From: Candidatus Eiseniibacteriota bacterium
GTDB taxonomy: Bacteria > Eisenbacteria > RBG-16-71-46 > CAVPCR01
Assembly: GCA_963702435.1 (NCBI GenBank)
Contig: CAVPCR010000002.1
Location: 384,001-448,000, forward strand
Direction of reading: 5' to 3'
Length of the DNA stretch: 64,000 nt
Part shown: positions 13,834 to 23,757 of the stretch, piece by piece
Layout of the letters: the number at the start of each line of letters is the position of its first letter
Position numbering within the stretch: position 1 is the stretch's first letter
The notes under the pieces: generated by a model
Seen by the model: the letters and a program-made list of their open reading frames with translations, nothing else
The model's database searches: none
Told to the model about the DNA's origin: nothing
Translations under genes and position numbers: made by a program

Positions 13834-14259
13834 CTACTTCGTCTCGTCCGCCGGGGCGGGGCTTGGGTTGGATGCGGGCGCCGGGAGCGGGGCCGGCGCG
13901 CCAGCGCGCAGGGCATCGAGCTTGGCCTGTTCGGTCGCGGTCAGGCCAGCGGGGCCCGCGACGATGGTCGATACCTGTGGACCCTTCTCGACCGCCGGGG
14001 GCCGGACCGGAAGCGGAGCGACCGGGGCGGCGTCGCCGGACGGCATGGTTCCGCCCAGGGCGAGAGCCGCGCGGGCCGCCGCCGCGAGAGCCAAGGCCTC
14101 GAGCTTCGCTGTCTCGGCCGCCGTCGGGCTGGCCGGGCCGGGCTCGACGGTGAAGACGGGAGCCTCCTTCTCCCCCTGCGGAGCTGCGAGGAGCGGCGAG
14201 CTGCCGGCCAGGAGAGTGGCGCCGAGCAGGATCAGGCCGGTGCGACGAGGAAATGACAT
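13834..14259 (-). CDS. Small secreted Pro/Ala-rich hypothetical protein
   Basis: ATG 14259 after GGGAGGG. Signal-peptide-like N-terminus; its stop overlaps the peptidase RBS; internal repeat TxxExAKLxAL. Confidence 0.7.
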   Translation of the reverse strand: MSFPRRTGLILLGATLLAGSSPLLAAPQGEKEAPVFTVEPGPASPTAAETAKLEALALAAAARAALALGGTMPSGDAAPVAPLPVRPPAVEKGPQVSTIVAGPAGLTATEQAKLDALRAGAPAPLPAPASNPSPAPADETK

Positions 14260-14419
14260 GAACCCTCCCTGGGCGTCGTGAGCGACGACGCGATGTCTCC
14301 CGCATCCCGTACTGGCGGGATGCCGGGGGGAACGAGACGTATGCGGTGGGGACAGCGGGGCCGTCCGGGACATGAGGTGGAGGGGCCGCAGGGTCCGGGG
14401 GGACTCGCGAGCCCGCTTC

Positions 14420-14449
14420 ATCCTAACGCCATCGCCCGCGAGCCGTGAA
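14420..14449 (-). promoter_or_regulatory. Putative sigma70 promoter of the peptidase operon
   Basis: TTCACG-N18-TAGGAT on the minus strand. Confidence 0.4.
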
Positions 14450-14510
14450 CAAGAATCAGCCGCCACGCCAGTCCTCGCGTCCGCGCGGGACTACCAGCGC
14501 CACTCCCCGC

Positions 14511-14539
14511 TTGCGCTCCGAGCGGCCACGTTCTAGCCT
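14511..14539 (+). promoter_or_regulatory. Putative sigma70 promoter of the activase locus
   Basis: TTGCGC-N17-TAGCCT. Confidence 0.45.
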
Positions 14540-14603
14540 CTCGGCGCATCCCCCCGGTCTAGATAACTCGCCACGGCGCAATCGCCTACAAGGGGCGCAC
14601 CCG

Positions 14604-17600
14604 GTGCTGCTGCTCGGACTCGACATAGGAGCCATCAGCCTGAAGGCCGCCCTCCTGGGGACCGGAGACGATCAGGAGCGCGCGGCGGCGTTCGCGGGCT
14701 CCTCCGGGCTCTGGCATCCGGCTCCGCTCTGGATGCACATCGCCGGGGGGCCGGCTGGCATGAGCGTCGCGGCCACCCGGCGCCTCCGGGGGCGCCCCCT
14801 CGAGGCGACCCGCGATCTCCTGGCGGCGATCCTCGCCGAGATCCCCTCCGGGTGCCTCGACGGAGTGCGCGTCACGGGGGCCGGCGCCGCGCTCGTCGCG
14901 GAGGCCGCCGGCTTCGCCACGGAGAACGAGTTCCGCGCCCTCACCGCGGCCACCCAGGCCGTCGCCCCGGCGACCCGCACCCTCGTCGAGATCGGCGGCG
15001 AGACCTCGAAGATGCTCGTCTTCGCCGCGGATACGCAGTCGGGCGAGCTCTCGATCGCCGACTACCGGACCAACGGCGACTGCGCCGCCGGGACCGGCTC
15101 CTTCCTCGATCAGCAGGCCGGCCGCCTCCGCTACGAGATCGAGGAGGTCGGGGGCATAGCGAGCGCGAGCGAGCGCGCGGCCAAGATCGCCGGGCGCTGC
15201 TCGGTCTTCGCGAAGAGCGACATGATCCACGCCCAGCAGAAGGGATACCTGCCGCCCGAGGTGCTGCGCGGGCTCTGCGAGACGGTGGCGCGGAACTTCA
15301 ACGCGGCGGTCGCCCGGGACCACAAGCCGCACCCGCCGGTCCTCTTCGTGGGCGGAGTCGCCGCCAACGAGATGGTGGTCGCCGGGCTCCGCCATGAGTT
15401 CGCGCTCGGCGATGACCTGACCGTCCCGGCGCACCACGACGCACACGCCGCGATCGGGGCGGCTCTCCGCGAGGCGGCGGCCGGCGCGCACCGGAGCTTC
15501 TCGCGCGCCGATCTCGCGGGCATGCGCTCCGACCTCGCCCGCCATCCCGCGCTCGCGCCGGCTCACGCTCGACCAGGTCGTGAACCTCCGCGACCGCCTG
15601 CATCCGTTCGAGCTCCCGGAGAGCGGCGCCCCGGTCGAGGTCACGCTCGGCATCGACATCGGCTCGGTATCGACGAACGTGGTGCTCCTCGATCGCGCGG
15701 GCCGCGTCGTCCGCGAGATCTACACCCGCACCCAGGCCCGTCCGGTCGAGGTGGTGACCGCCGCCCTCGCCGAGCTCTCGGCCGAGCTCGGCCGACGCGT
15801 GATCGTGCGCGCCGTCGGCACCACCGGCTCGGGTCGCGAGCTGATCGGCGAGCTCGTCGGGGCCGACACCATCAACGACGAGATCACGGCACACAAGACC
15901 GGCGCCACCTTCATCGCACGCACCATGCTCGACGCCGAGGTCAACACGATCTTCGAGATCGGCGGCCAGGACGCGAAGTACATCCGCATCGAGGACGGCG
16001 TGGTGGTCGATTTCGCGATGAACGAGGCCTGCGCCGCCGGCACCGGCATCGCTTCCTCGAGGAGCGGGCCGAGGAGCTCGGCGTCTGCATCAAGGACGAG
16101 TTCGCGTCCGCGCGCCCTCGCCTCCGCCGCACCCGGTGCGTCTCGGCGAACGCTGCACCGTGTTCATGGAGCGTGACGTCAACGCCTACCAGCAGCGCGG
16201 AGCGGCGACCGACGACCTCCTGGCCGGACTCGCCCTGTCGGTGGCCACGAACTACATGAACCGGGTCGTCCGCGATCGGAAGATCGACGGCACGATCTTC
16301 TTCCAGGGCGGCACCGCGTACAACGATGCGGTGGCCGCCGCATTCGCCGCCCTTCTCGATCGCGAGATCATCGTCCCGCCGTACAACGGGGTCGATCGGC
16401 GCCGTGGGCGCCGCCCTCCTCGCCTGGGAGAAGGCGCCCCAGCTCACCGGCGGCACTCGTTTCCGGGGCTTCGACCTGGGCCAGGTCGACTACCGGATCC
16501 GCGAGTTCACCTGCCGCGCCTGCGAGAATCTCTGCGCGATGCAGGAGTTCCGGGTCGAGGGCGAGAAGACCTACTGGGGCGACCAGTGCGGCGAGCGCTA
16601 TCGCCGCCGCGCCAAGGTCGAGCACAAGCCGGTGATTCGCGGATCTCTTGAAGCTCCGGAAGGAATGGCTCCTCGCGGATCACGACGAGGGTCCCGCTCC
16701 GGAACAGGCGCCGGCCGCCGGCCGCCGGGCGACGGTCGCCTTCCCGCGCGCCCTCTACTTCCACGATCGCTTCCCCTACTGGAACGCCTTCTTCCGCGCG
16801 CTCCGCTTCGATGTCCGCCTCGGACCCGAGTCCAACCGCGCGCTCGCCCACGACGGCATCGAGGCGGCGGTCGCCGAGCCCTGCTTTCCGATCCAGATCG
16901 CGCACGGCCACGTCAAGGCGGCGCTCGCCATCCAAGACGCCGACTTCGTCTTCGTCCCCAACTACGTGAACGCCGAGGCCGTCGACGAGTCGATCCAGAG
17001 CTTCTTCTGCCCCTGGGTGATGACGCTCCCCTTCGTCATCTCGGCGGCGCCCGCCTTCGCGGCGGAGTCCGCGCGGATCGTGCATCCGCTCATCCGCTTC
17101 CGCGGCGGACCCCGCGCCCTCGTCGGCCCGCTCCACGACGCGCTCCGGCCGTATGGCGTCACCCGGCGCGAGATCGCGCCCGCGCTCACCGCCGGCGAGG
17201 CGGCCCTCGCCGACTTCCGCCGCCGGATCCGCGTGGCCGGGGCCGACGCGCTCGCGACGCTTGCCTCGACGCGCGAGCCCGCCGTTGTCCTCATCGGGCG
17301 CCCCTACAACCTCTTCGATCCGATCGTCAACCTGGACGTCCCGCGGAAGCTCCGCGATCTCTACGGCGTGAACGTCGTGCCGCTCGAGTTCCTGGCCGAC
17401 GACGACCAGGTGATCGAGGAGATCAACGCCAACATGTTCTGGAGTTACGGGCGGCGGATCCTCGCCGCCTGCCGCGAGGCGGCACGTCACTCCGATCTCC
17501 ATCTCATCTACATCACGAACTTCAAGTGCGGGCCCGACTCCTACATCAAGCACTTCGTGCGGGACGCCTTCGGGCGCGCCTTCCTCACGCTCCAGTTCGA

Positions 17601-17892
17601 CGGCCACGCCAACGACGCCGGCATGCTGACGCGGGTCGAGGCCTACCTCGACAGCCAGGGCTTCCTCCGGCGGGCGAAGCCGACCGCGGCGGACTTGGCG
17701 GCGGCGGACACCCCGGCGCCGGCGCCCTGGGTCGCGGGAGTCACTTTCTCCGATGAGACCGCCGCCGAGCTCGACGCGGGCGCGGAAGGCAAGGACACCG
17801 CGGACACCGATGAGGCTCCCGCTGCACCCGCGCCGCCGCGAACCCGGCGCCCGACACGCGCTCCTGAGCGGAGCGAGGTCGACGCTCGATGA
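14604..17892 (+). pseudogene. Acyl-CoA dehydratase activase (two BadF/BadG/BcrA/BcrD ATPase domains + DUF2229-like), broken by several frameshifts as assembled
   Basis: GLDIGAIS/GIDIGSVST, EIGGE/EIGGQDAK, CAAGTG twice, RCSVF/RCTVF, FQGGTAYN, CRACENLC, EPCFPIQIAHGH, NFKCGPDS are spread across ORFs 14445, 15580, 16136, 16326 and 16648. Confidence 0.88.
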
Positions 17893-19205
17893 GCGCACCG
17901 GTCGCGGGCCCGGCCCGCTCGAACCACCGCGCCGCGAGCGGCCCTCCGCTCAAGGAGCGGGCGCTCTACGTGCCGCGCATGAGCGCGGAGCTCGGCCGCC
18001 TGCTTCACGGCGGCGCTCCGCGCCGCCGGCCTCGATGCCCGCCCCTTCCCCGAGTCGGACGCCGAGACGCTCGACCTCGGCGGTCGTTACACCTCCGGCG
18101 AGGAGTGCTTCCCCGAGCGCTTGACGCTCGGCGATGCGCTCAAGATCGTCCTCGCCCCCGACGCGCGCCCGGAGCGGGTCGCCTTCTTCATGCCGCTCGC
18201 CCCCGGGCCGTGCCGCTTCGGGCAGTACGCACCCTTCCTCCGCCGCGTCCTCGACTCGGTGGGCGCCACCGACGCGATGATCGTCTCGCCCTCGAGCGCC
18301 GCCGGCTACGGCGCCTTCGGGGCCGAGATGAAGGGGCTGCAGCGCGCGGCCTGGCGCGCCCTCGTCGTCGCCGACCTCTTGCGGAAAGCGCTCCTCCGCG
18401 TGCGCCCGTACGAGACCGAGCGCGGCGCGGCCGACGCGGCGCACGACGCGGCGCTCGGCGCCGTGTGCGCCGTGCTCGAGCGTCCGGGCCGGTCCGGGGC
18501 GGAGACGCTGTCGGCGCTCAAGCCGGTGCTGGCGCGGTCCGCCGCGCTCTTTGCGGCGGTTCCGCAGCGCAGCGAGGAGCGGCTCCTGGTCGGCGTCGTC
18601 GGCGAGATCTACTGCCGGCTCAACACGTTCAGCAACGAGGACCTCGTCCGCCGGCTCGAGGAGCAGGGCGGCGAGGCATGGATCTCCGACCTCACCGAGT
18701 GGATCTACTACACGAACCTCGAACAACGCCGGAAGTGGATCCCGTACGCGGGCGAGCGCTGGTCGAAACAGATGCTCGTCGCCTATCTGAAGGAGGTCTA
18801 CCAGCGGAAGCGACGAGCACGCGCTCATCGCGCCCTTCCATGCGCTCTTCCGCGACCGCGAGGAACCGGCGCGCATCGCCGAGCTCACCGCCCTCGCCGA
18901 CCCCTACCTCCCGGCCGAAGGGGTCTACGGCGAGATGGTGCTGAACACCGGGAAGGCGATCTATCTCTGGACCGAAGGGCTGCGACGGCATCATCGATGT
19001 GAGCCCGTTCACGTGCATGAACGGGATCGTGTCCGAGGCCATCTATCCGAAGCTCTCCCGGGATCACGACGGAATCCCGATCCGCACATTCTACTTCGAC
19101 GGCACGCAGTCCCACCTCGACCGCGACCTCGGCATCTTCCTCGAGCTCGCTGCGGGGTACCACCGGCGGAAGCACCCCGCGGCCCCGGACCCCGCCCGGA
19201 CCTGA
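17889..19205 (+). pseudogene. Activase-associated 2-hydroxyacyl-CoA dehydratase-like subunit, three frameshifts as assembled
   Basis: ATGA overlap with the previous gene. TSGEECFP, GPCRFGQY, VGEIYCR, GEMVL, PFTCMNG motifs are split over ORFs 17889, 18121, 18935 and 18999. Confidence 0.82.
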
Positions 19206-19462
19206 GCTGCGCGCCGAGCGCACCTCGTCTTCGCAGTCGCCCGCGTCGAATCCCCCATCACGGGCCGAAACGCCGGGGCGGGGCCCCGCAGTGTCTCGCT
19301 TTGCGACCGCACGCGCGGCGGCGGCACACCTGGCCGCCGCCCGGACCCCTGGCCGACTGGGTCCGCCGTCCGATCCTGCCGATAGGAAACCCTGAGGTTT
19401 TCCCCGCGGTGGGACGGCCACTTGTCCTGCTTTGGTCTGCCGGTGCAAGAGCGAGGCTCCTC

Positions 19463-20059
19463 ATGACTCTTTCCGCAACCACCAAGAAGAAGATCCTCCG
19501 GGTGCGACTGTCGATCAAGGGGCGTCCGATCAAGAGCTACGCGTTCGAGAAGGACGTCGTGACCGCCGGGCGGAGTCCTGATGCCGACATCTTCCTCGAT
19601 AACTCCGGTGTCTCGCGCGAGCACCTGCGAATCGAGATGACAGGCGCGGGTGAGTACCTGGCGATCGACCTGGGCAGCGCCAACGGAACGCTCCTCAACC
19701 AGGAGCCGCTCAAGAAGGCGATCCTGGCCGCGGACGACGTGCTCCAGATCGCCAAGTTCACGCTCTGGATCGGGATCGAGGAGGACCGGCGCTCTGACCT
19801 TGAGCCCGAGCGCCACGAGAACTCCTTTGCGCCCGCCCATGAGGGCACGATGGTGCTCTCGACGGATGAACTCGACCGCATGCTCCAGCGTGCCCGCCAG
19901 GAGCAGGCGCAAGCACCTGCGTGCGACCGCCTGCCGCTCCAGCAGCCGGCGACCCGTGGTGCGGGTCCCGCACGTTCAAACTTCATTCTGGGGATGCTCA
20001 TCGCCTTCTTCCTCGGAGTCCTGACCGGAGCGGGTGCTCTCCGCTTCCTGATGCAGTGA
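19463..20059 (+). CDS. FHA-domain protein with C-terminal transmembrane helix
   Basis: ATG 19463 after GAGG. FHA signature GR...VSREH...DLGSANGT. C-terminal hydrophobic segment FILGMLIAFFLGVLTGAG. Confidence 0.88.
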   Translation: MTLSATTKKKILRVRLSIKGRPIKSYAFEKDVVTAGRSPDADIFLDNSGVSREHLRIEMTGAGEYLAIDLGSANGTLLNQEPLKKAILAADDVLQIAKFTLWIGIEEDRRSDLEPERHENSFAPAHEGTMVLSTDELDRMLQRARQEQAQAPACDRLPLQQPATRGAGPARSNFILGMLIAFFLGVLTGAGALRFLMQ

Positions 20060-20144
20060 ACCATGCGGGAAGGACTGCCGGCATGACACGGCCTGATCGG
20101 CCGCTCCATACCCGGGTGCTTCGCCCTGTCGCACGCTCTTGCCC

Positions 20145-22643
20145 ATGAAGCTCCTCCAGCTGATCAAAACCAGCCGCGATGTGGAGAAGCTCAAGCAATC
20201 GCGGAACCTGTCGGCCGACGAGCTGGCTCGCGTTGAGGCCAACCTCCTGGCCCAGGGATCAGCCAGCATCCAGCCGCTGATCGAGTGCCTGGCCCACGGC
20301 GATGCCCGCGGGCCCGCGATCGCCCTGCTCGGGAAGCTGGCTGACGCCGGCACGCTGCCGATCTATGTGCGCGCTTTGACCTCGGCCAACCCGGTCGTGG
20401 TGTCAGGCGTGGCGCGGGCTCTCGAGCAGAGCACCGCGTACGATCCCCGCCTTCTCCTCGAGTACGTCAGCGATCCAGCGGCCCCGCTCGGCACCCTCGA
20501 GTCGATCCTGTCGGCCCACGTCACCAAGTTGGGACCGTCCGCGCTCATCGACGTCCTCGTCGCACCGGAGACACGCAAGGAGTCGCGCGCAGTCGCCTTC
20601 CGCCTCCTCGAGCGGGTGGCCGATCGCGCGAACTCCGCGCGGCTCCTCCCGCTGCTTGCGCACGATGACTGGTGGATGCGTGCTTCCGCCGCCAGGCTCC
20701 TATCCGGCTTCCCATCCGACGCCGCGATCGAGAAGATCACCGCCCTCCTCGGCGACAGCCATCGGGGCGTGCGGCTCGAAGCGGCCAAGGCGCTCGTGGC
20801 CGCGAAGGCGCACCAGGCAGTACCAGCCCTGGCCGCAGTCCTCCGCGACCCTGACTTGAAGGTCCAGACTGCGGCGATCGACGCTCTCATCGCCTTGGGC
20901 GATGCTTCCTCGGTACCGTGCCTGCTTGACGTCCTCCGCGACGAGTCCGAGTACGTGCGGCGGGCGGCGGTCGAGGTCTTGAACCAGGTGGCGACGACCG
21001 AAGCGATCCAGGATCTCGTCCGCGCGTTGCGCGACGAGGACTGGTGGGTGCGGGTGCGCGCCGCCGACGCGCTCGGCACTCTGGGCGGCGAGAAGGTCGT
21101 GGAGGCCGTGTGCGGGCTCCTGGCCGACCCCGACGACTTCGTGCGCCGCTACGCGATCGAGGTCCTCAACTCGGTGCCCAGCCAGCGCGCCGTGGGCCCG
21201 CTCATCGGGGCGCTCGACGATCTGGACTGGTGGGTGCGTGAGCGCTCGATCGACGCCCTGGGCAAGACCAAGGACCCGCGCGCCATCGATCCGCTCGTCG
21301 AGATGGTCCAGCGCGACAGCACGCTCGCCACCCTGTGCACACACGCGCTGGCCGAGATCGGGGAGCCGCAGGCGATCGAGAGCCTCTGTGCCCTCGCCCA
21401 CTCCGAGCGCCAGGAGGTCCGCGCGGCCGCGGTGGACGCTCTCCGACCGCTGCCGTTGAGCGGACTCGATCCCGAGCTCCGCTCCCTCATCGGGCAGGCG
21501 GTGGGGCAAGACGGCGCCGCCGACGCCAGCAACATCCCGCTGCGGGTCGAGAGCAGACGATCCGGATTGGGGCCGGAAGCCGGCCGCACCCCCGCTCCGG
21601 CCAGCGGCCGCACGCCCACCCCCGGCTCCCCCCCCGGCGTGCCCCGTCCGACGGCGAGCCTCCTCGAGCTGTCGGCCCCGCATCAGCACGCGGGCCAGAC
21701 CGGCCGCATGGACCAGACGGCCGGCGGCGGCCACCTTCTCGATCAGCCAGAGGGGCGGCCGGGGCGGCGAGAGCGGGCGGACTTCTACGATCTGGTTCCC
21801 GAGACCATCCTGCTCAATCGCTACCGCGTTCTGCGCACGATCGGCAAGGGCGGATTCGGGGTCGTCTATCTCGTTCATGACTCGGCCATTCGCGACGAGA
21901 CGATCCTCAAGGTCCTCAATCCACAGCTCTCGACCGATGAGCTGGCGATCATGCGCTTCGTCCGCGAGCTCAAGCTGTCACGCAAGATCACGCACAAGAA
22001 CGTGATCCGCATTCATGACCTCCTGGATCTGGGGGGCGCCATGGCCGTGTCCATGGAGTACTTCCCGGGTCAGGATCTGGGGAAGATCCTGCAGCAGGAG
22101 GGCATGATGAACATCGACCGTGCCCTCGTCGTCCTGGCGCAGGTCTGCGAGGGGCTAGCCGCAGCCCACGCCGCCGGAGTCATCCACCGCGATGTCAAAC
22201 CGGCCAACATCCTGGTGGGAAAGGACGACACGGTCAAGATCGTCGATTTCGGTCTGGCTTCGGCCCGGCAGCAAATCGGGTCTCGACTGACCAAGAGCGG
22301 CCTTCTGGTCGGGACTCCGGAGTACATGGCACCGGAGCAGATCAGCCACGGTGTCGTCGATCCGCGCACCGACGTCTACTCGGTCGGCATCCTCTCGTAC
22401 GAGCTCCTGGCCGGCCGTCAGCCCTACCGTGGAGAAACCGCGGTTCAGACCCTGTTCCAGCACCTCGAGGGCACCGCCGATCCGCTGAGCAGCATCCGCC
22501 AGGGGATCTCCACGGATCTCGAAGCGCTCGTGGTCAAGGCGATGGCACGGGAGCCGGTCGATCGCTATCAAAGCGCGGACGATCTCCGCCGCGCCATCCT
22601 CGCCGTTCATGCCACAGCCGGCGAGCCCGCTCCCGATGGCTAG
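20145..22643 (+). CDS. HEAT-repeat (PBS-lyase-like) protein fused to a C-terminal Hanks-type Ser/Thr kinase
   Basis: Repeats of the type D.D..VR..A..AL. Kinase motifs GKGGFG, LK, HRDVKPAN, DFG, GTPEYMAPE are intact. No transmembrane segment. Confidence 0.93.
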   Translation: MKLLQLIKTSRDVEKLKQSRNLSADELARVEANLLAQGSASIQPLIECLAHGDARGPAIALLGKLADAGTLPIYVRALTSANPVVVSGVARALEQSTAYDPRLLLEYVSDPAAPLGTLESILSAHVTKLGPSALIDVLVAPETRKESRAVAFRLLERVADRANSARLLPLLAHDDWWMRASAARLLSGFPSDAAIEKITALLGDSHRGVRLEAAKALVAAKAHQAVPALAAVLRDPDLKVQTAAIDALIALGDASSVPCLLDVLRDESEYVRRAAVEVLNQVATTEAIQDLVRALRDEDWWVRVRAADALGTLGGEKVVEAVCGLLADPDDFVRRYAIEVLNSVPSQRAVGPLIGALDDLDWWVRERSIDALGKTKDPRAIDPLVEMVQRDSTLATLCTHALAEIGEPQAIESLCALAHSERQEVRAAAVDALRPLPLSGLDPELRSLIGQAVGQDGAADASNIPLRVESRRSGLGPEAGRTPAPASGRTPTPGSPPGVPRPTASLLELSAPHQHAGQTGRMDQTAGGGHLLDQPEGRPGRRERADFYDLVPETILLNRYRVLRTIGKGGFGVVYLVHDSAIRDETILKVLNPQLSTDELAIMRFVRELKLSRKITHKNVIRIHDLLDLGGAMAVSMEYFPGQDLGKILQQEGMMNIDRALVVLAQVCEGLAAAHAAGVIHRDVKPANILVGKDDTVKIVDFGLASARQQIGSRLTKSGLLVGTPEYMAPEQISHGVVDPRTDVYSVGILSYELLAGRQPYRGETAVQTLFQHLEGTADPLSSIRQGISTDLEALVVKAMAREPVDRYQSADDLRRAILAVHATAGEPAPDG

Positions 22644-23757
22644 AATCGACGCCTTCTTGCAGCTCGCCCGCGAGCAAGGGTGCTCCGACATCCACTTCTC
22701 GGTCGGGCTGCCGCCGCTGGTGCGGATGGACGGGCAACTCGCTCCGCTCAAGTACCGCGAGCTCAGCGCGGAAGAGACGCAGGCGACGCTCCACGAGATC
22801 CTGGACGACCGCCGGCGCGACGAACTGGCCCGGCGCGGTGCCGTCGACATGTCCTACCTCGTACCGGGGGTCGGCCGCTTCCGCATCAACATCTTTCGCA
22901 AGCACACGGGATGGGCCGCTGTCTGCCGCGTCTTGCCCGACCTCATTCCCAAGCTCTCCGAGCTCGGACTCCCCGCCGTGGTCCAGGATTTCGCCACGCT
23001 CAACAGCGGGCTCGTTCTGGTCACCGGGGGCACCGGGTGCGGGAAGTCGACCACGCTCGCGGCAATGATTGGCGCGATGAACCTCTCCCGTACTGCAACA
23101 ATCGTCACGCTCGAGGATCCGGTCGAGTTCCTGCACGAGTGCAAGGAATGTCAGATCGTCCAGCGTGAAGTGGGAACCGACGTCCGTTCCTTTGCCGAGG
23201 GGCTCAGGTCCGCTCTGCGGCAGGATCCCGACGTGATCATGGTCGGCGAGCTCCGGGATTCCGAGTCAGTCGCCCTGGCGATCGAGGCCTCGGAGACCGG
23301 TCATCTGGTCCTTGGCACTCTGCACACGCGCGGGGCCTATCAGACCATCCACCGCCTCATCGACCTCTTCCCCGCCGAGGGGCAGAACCAGATCGCGCAT
23401 ACGCTCGCCGACAACCTGCGCGCAGCCGTCAGCCTGGAGCTGGTGCGCGTCGCCGACGGCCGCGGGCGGCGGGCGGTGGCCGAGATCCTGGTCGTGAATC
23501 CGGCCGTGGCCCAGCTCATCCGGGAGCGGAAGACCTTCCAGCTGCCCGGCGTCATGGTCACCGGGCGGCGGGTCGGCATGCAGCTCATGGATCAAGCCCT
23601 GCTCACCCTCGTGCAGTCGGGTGACCTCGACCCCGATGAAGCATTCCTCCGCGCGACCGACAAGACCGATTTCGCCCGCTATGTGACCCGGTCCGAGCTG
23701 CTGAACCTGATCGACGCTCCCGCCCAGAGCGCGGGACCGCAGCTGGTGAAATCGTGA
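22636..23757 (+). CDS. pilT: PilT/PilU family type IV pilus retraction ATPase
   Basis: SDIH, Walker A GGTGCGKST, TLEDPVE, LRQDPDVIMVGELRD, TGHLVLGTLHT, AVAQLIRE, GMQ. Confidence 0.92.
   Translation: MARIDAFLQLAREQGCSDIHFSVGLPPLVRMDGQLAPLKYRELSAEETQATLHEILDDRRRDELARRGAVDMSYLVPGVGRFRINIFRKHTGWAAVCRVLPDLIPKLSELGLPAVVQDFATLNSGLVLVTGGTGCGKSTTLAAMIGAMNLSRTATIVTLEDPVEFLHECKECQIVQREVGTDVRSFAEGLRSALRQDPDVIMVGELRDSESVALAIEASETGHLVLGTLHTRGAYQTIHRLIDLFPAEGQNQIAHTLADNLRAAVSLELVRVADGRGRRAVAEILVVNPAVAQLIRERKTFQLPGVMVTGRRVGMQLMDQALLTLVQSGDLDPDEAFLRATDKTDFARYVTRSELLNLIDAPAQSAGPQLVKS

Noticed and set aside
15530..18980. Programmed frameshifting or RNA editing as the cause of the activase breaks
   Set aside because: Too many sites, no shared slippery motif; sequencing error is more parsimonious.
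18935..20059. Apparent dehydratase-FHA fusion ORF
   Set aside because: Artefact of the frameshift near 18973; the FHA gene has its own RBS and ATG at 19463.
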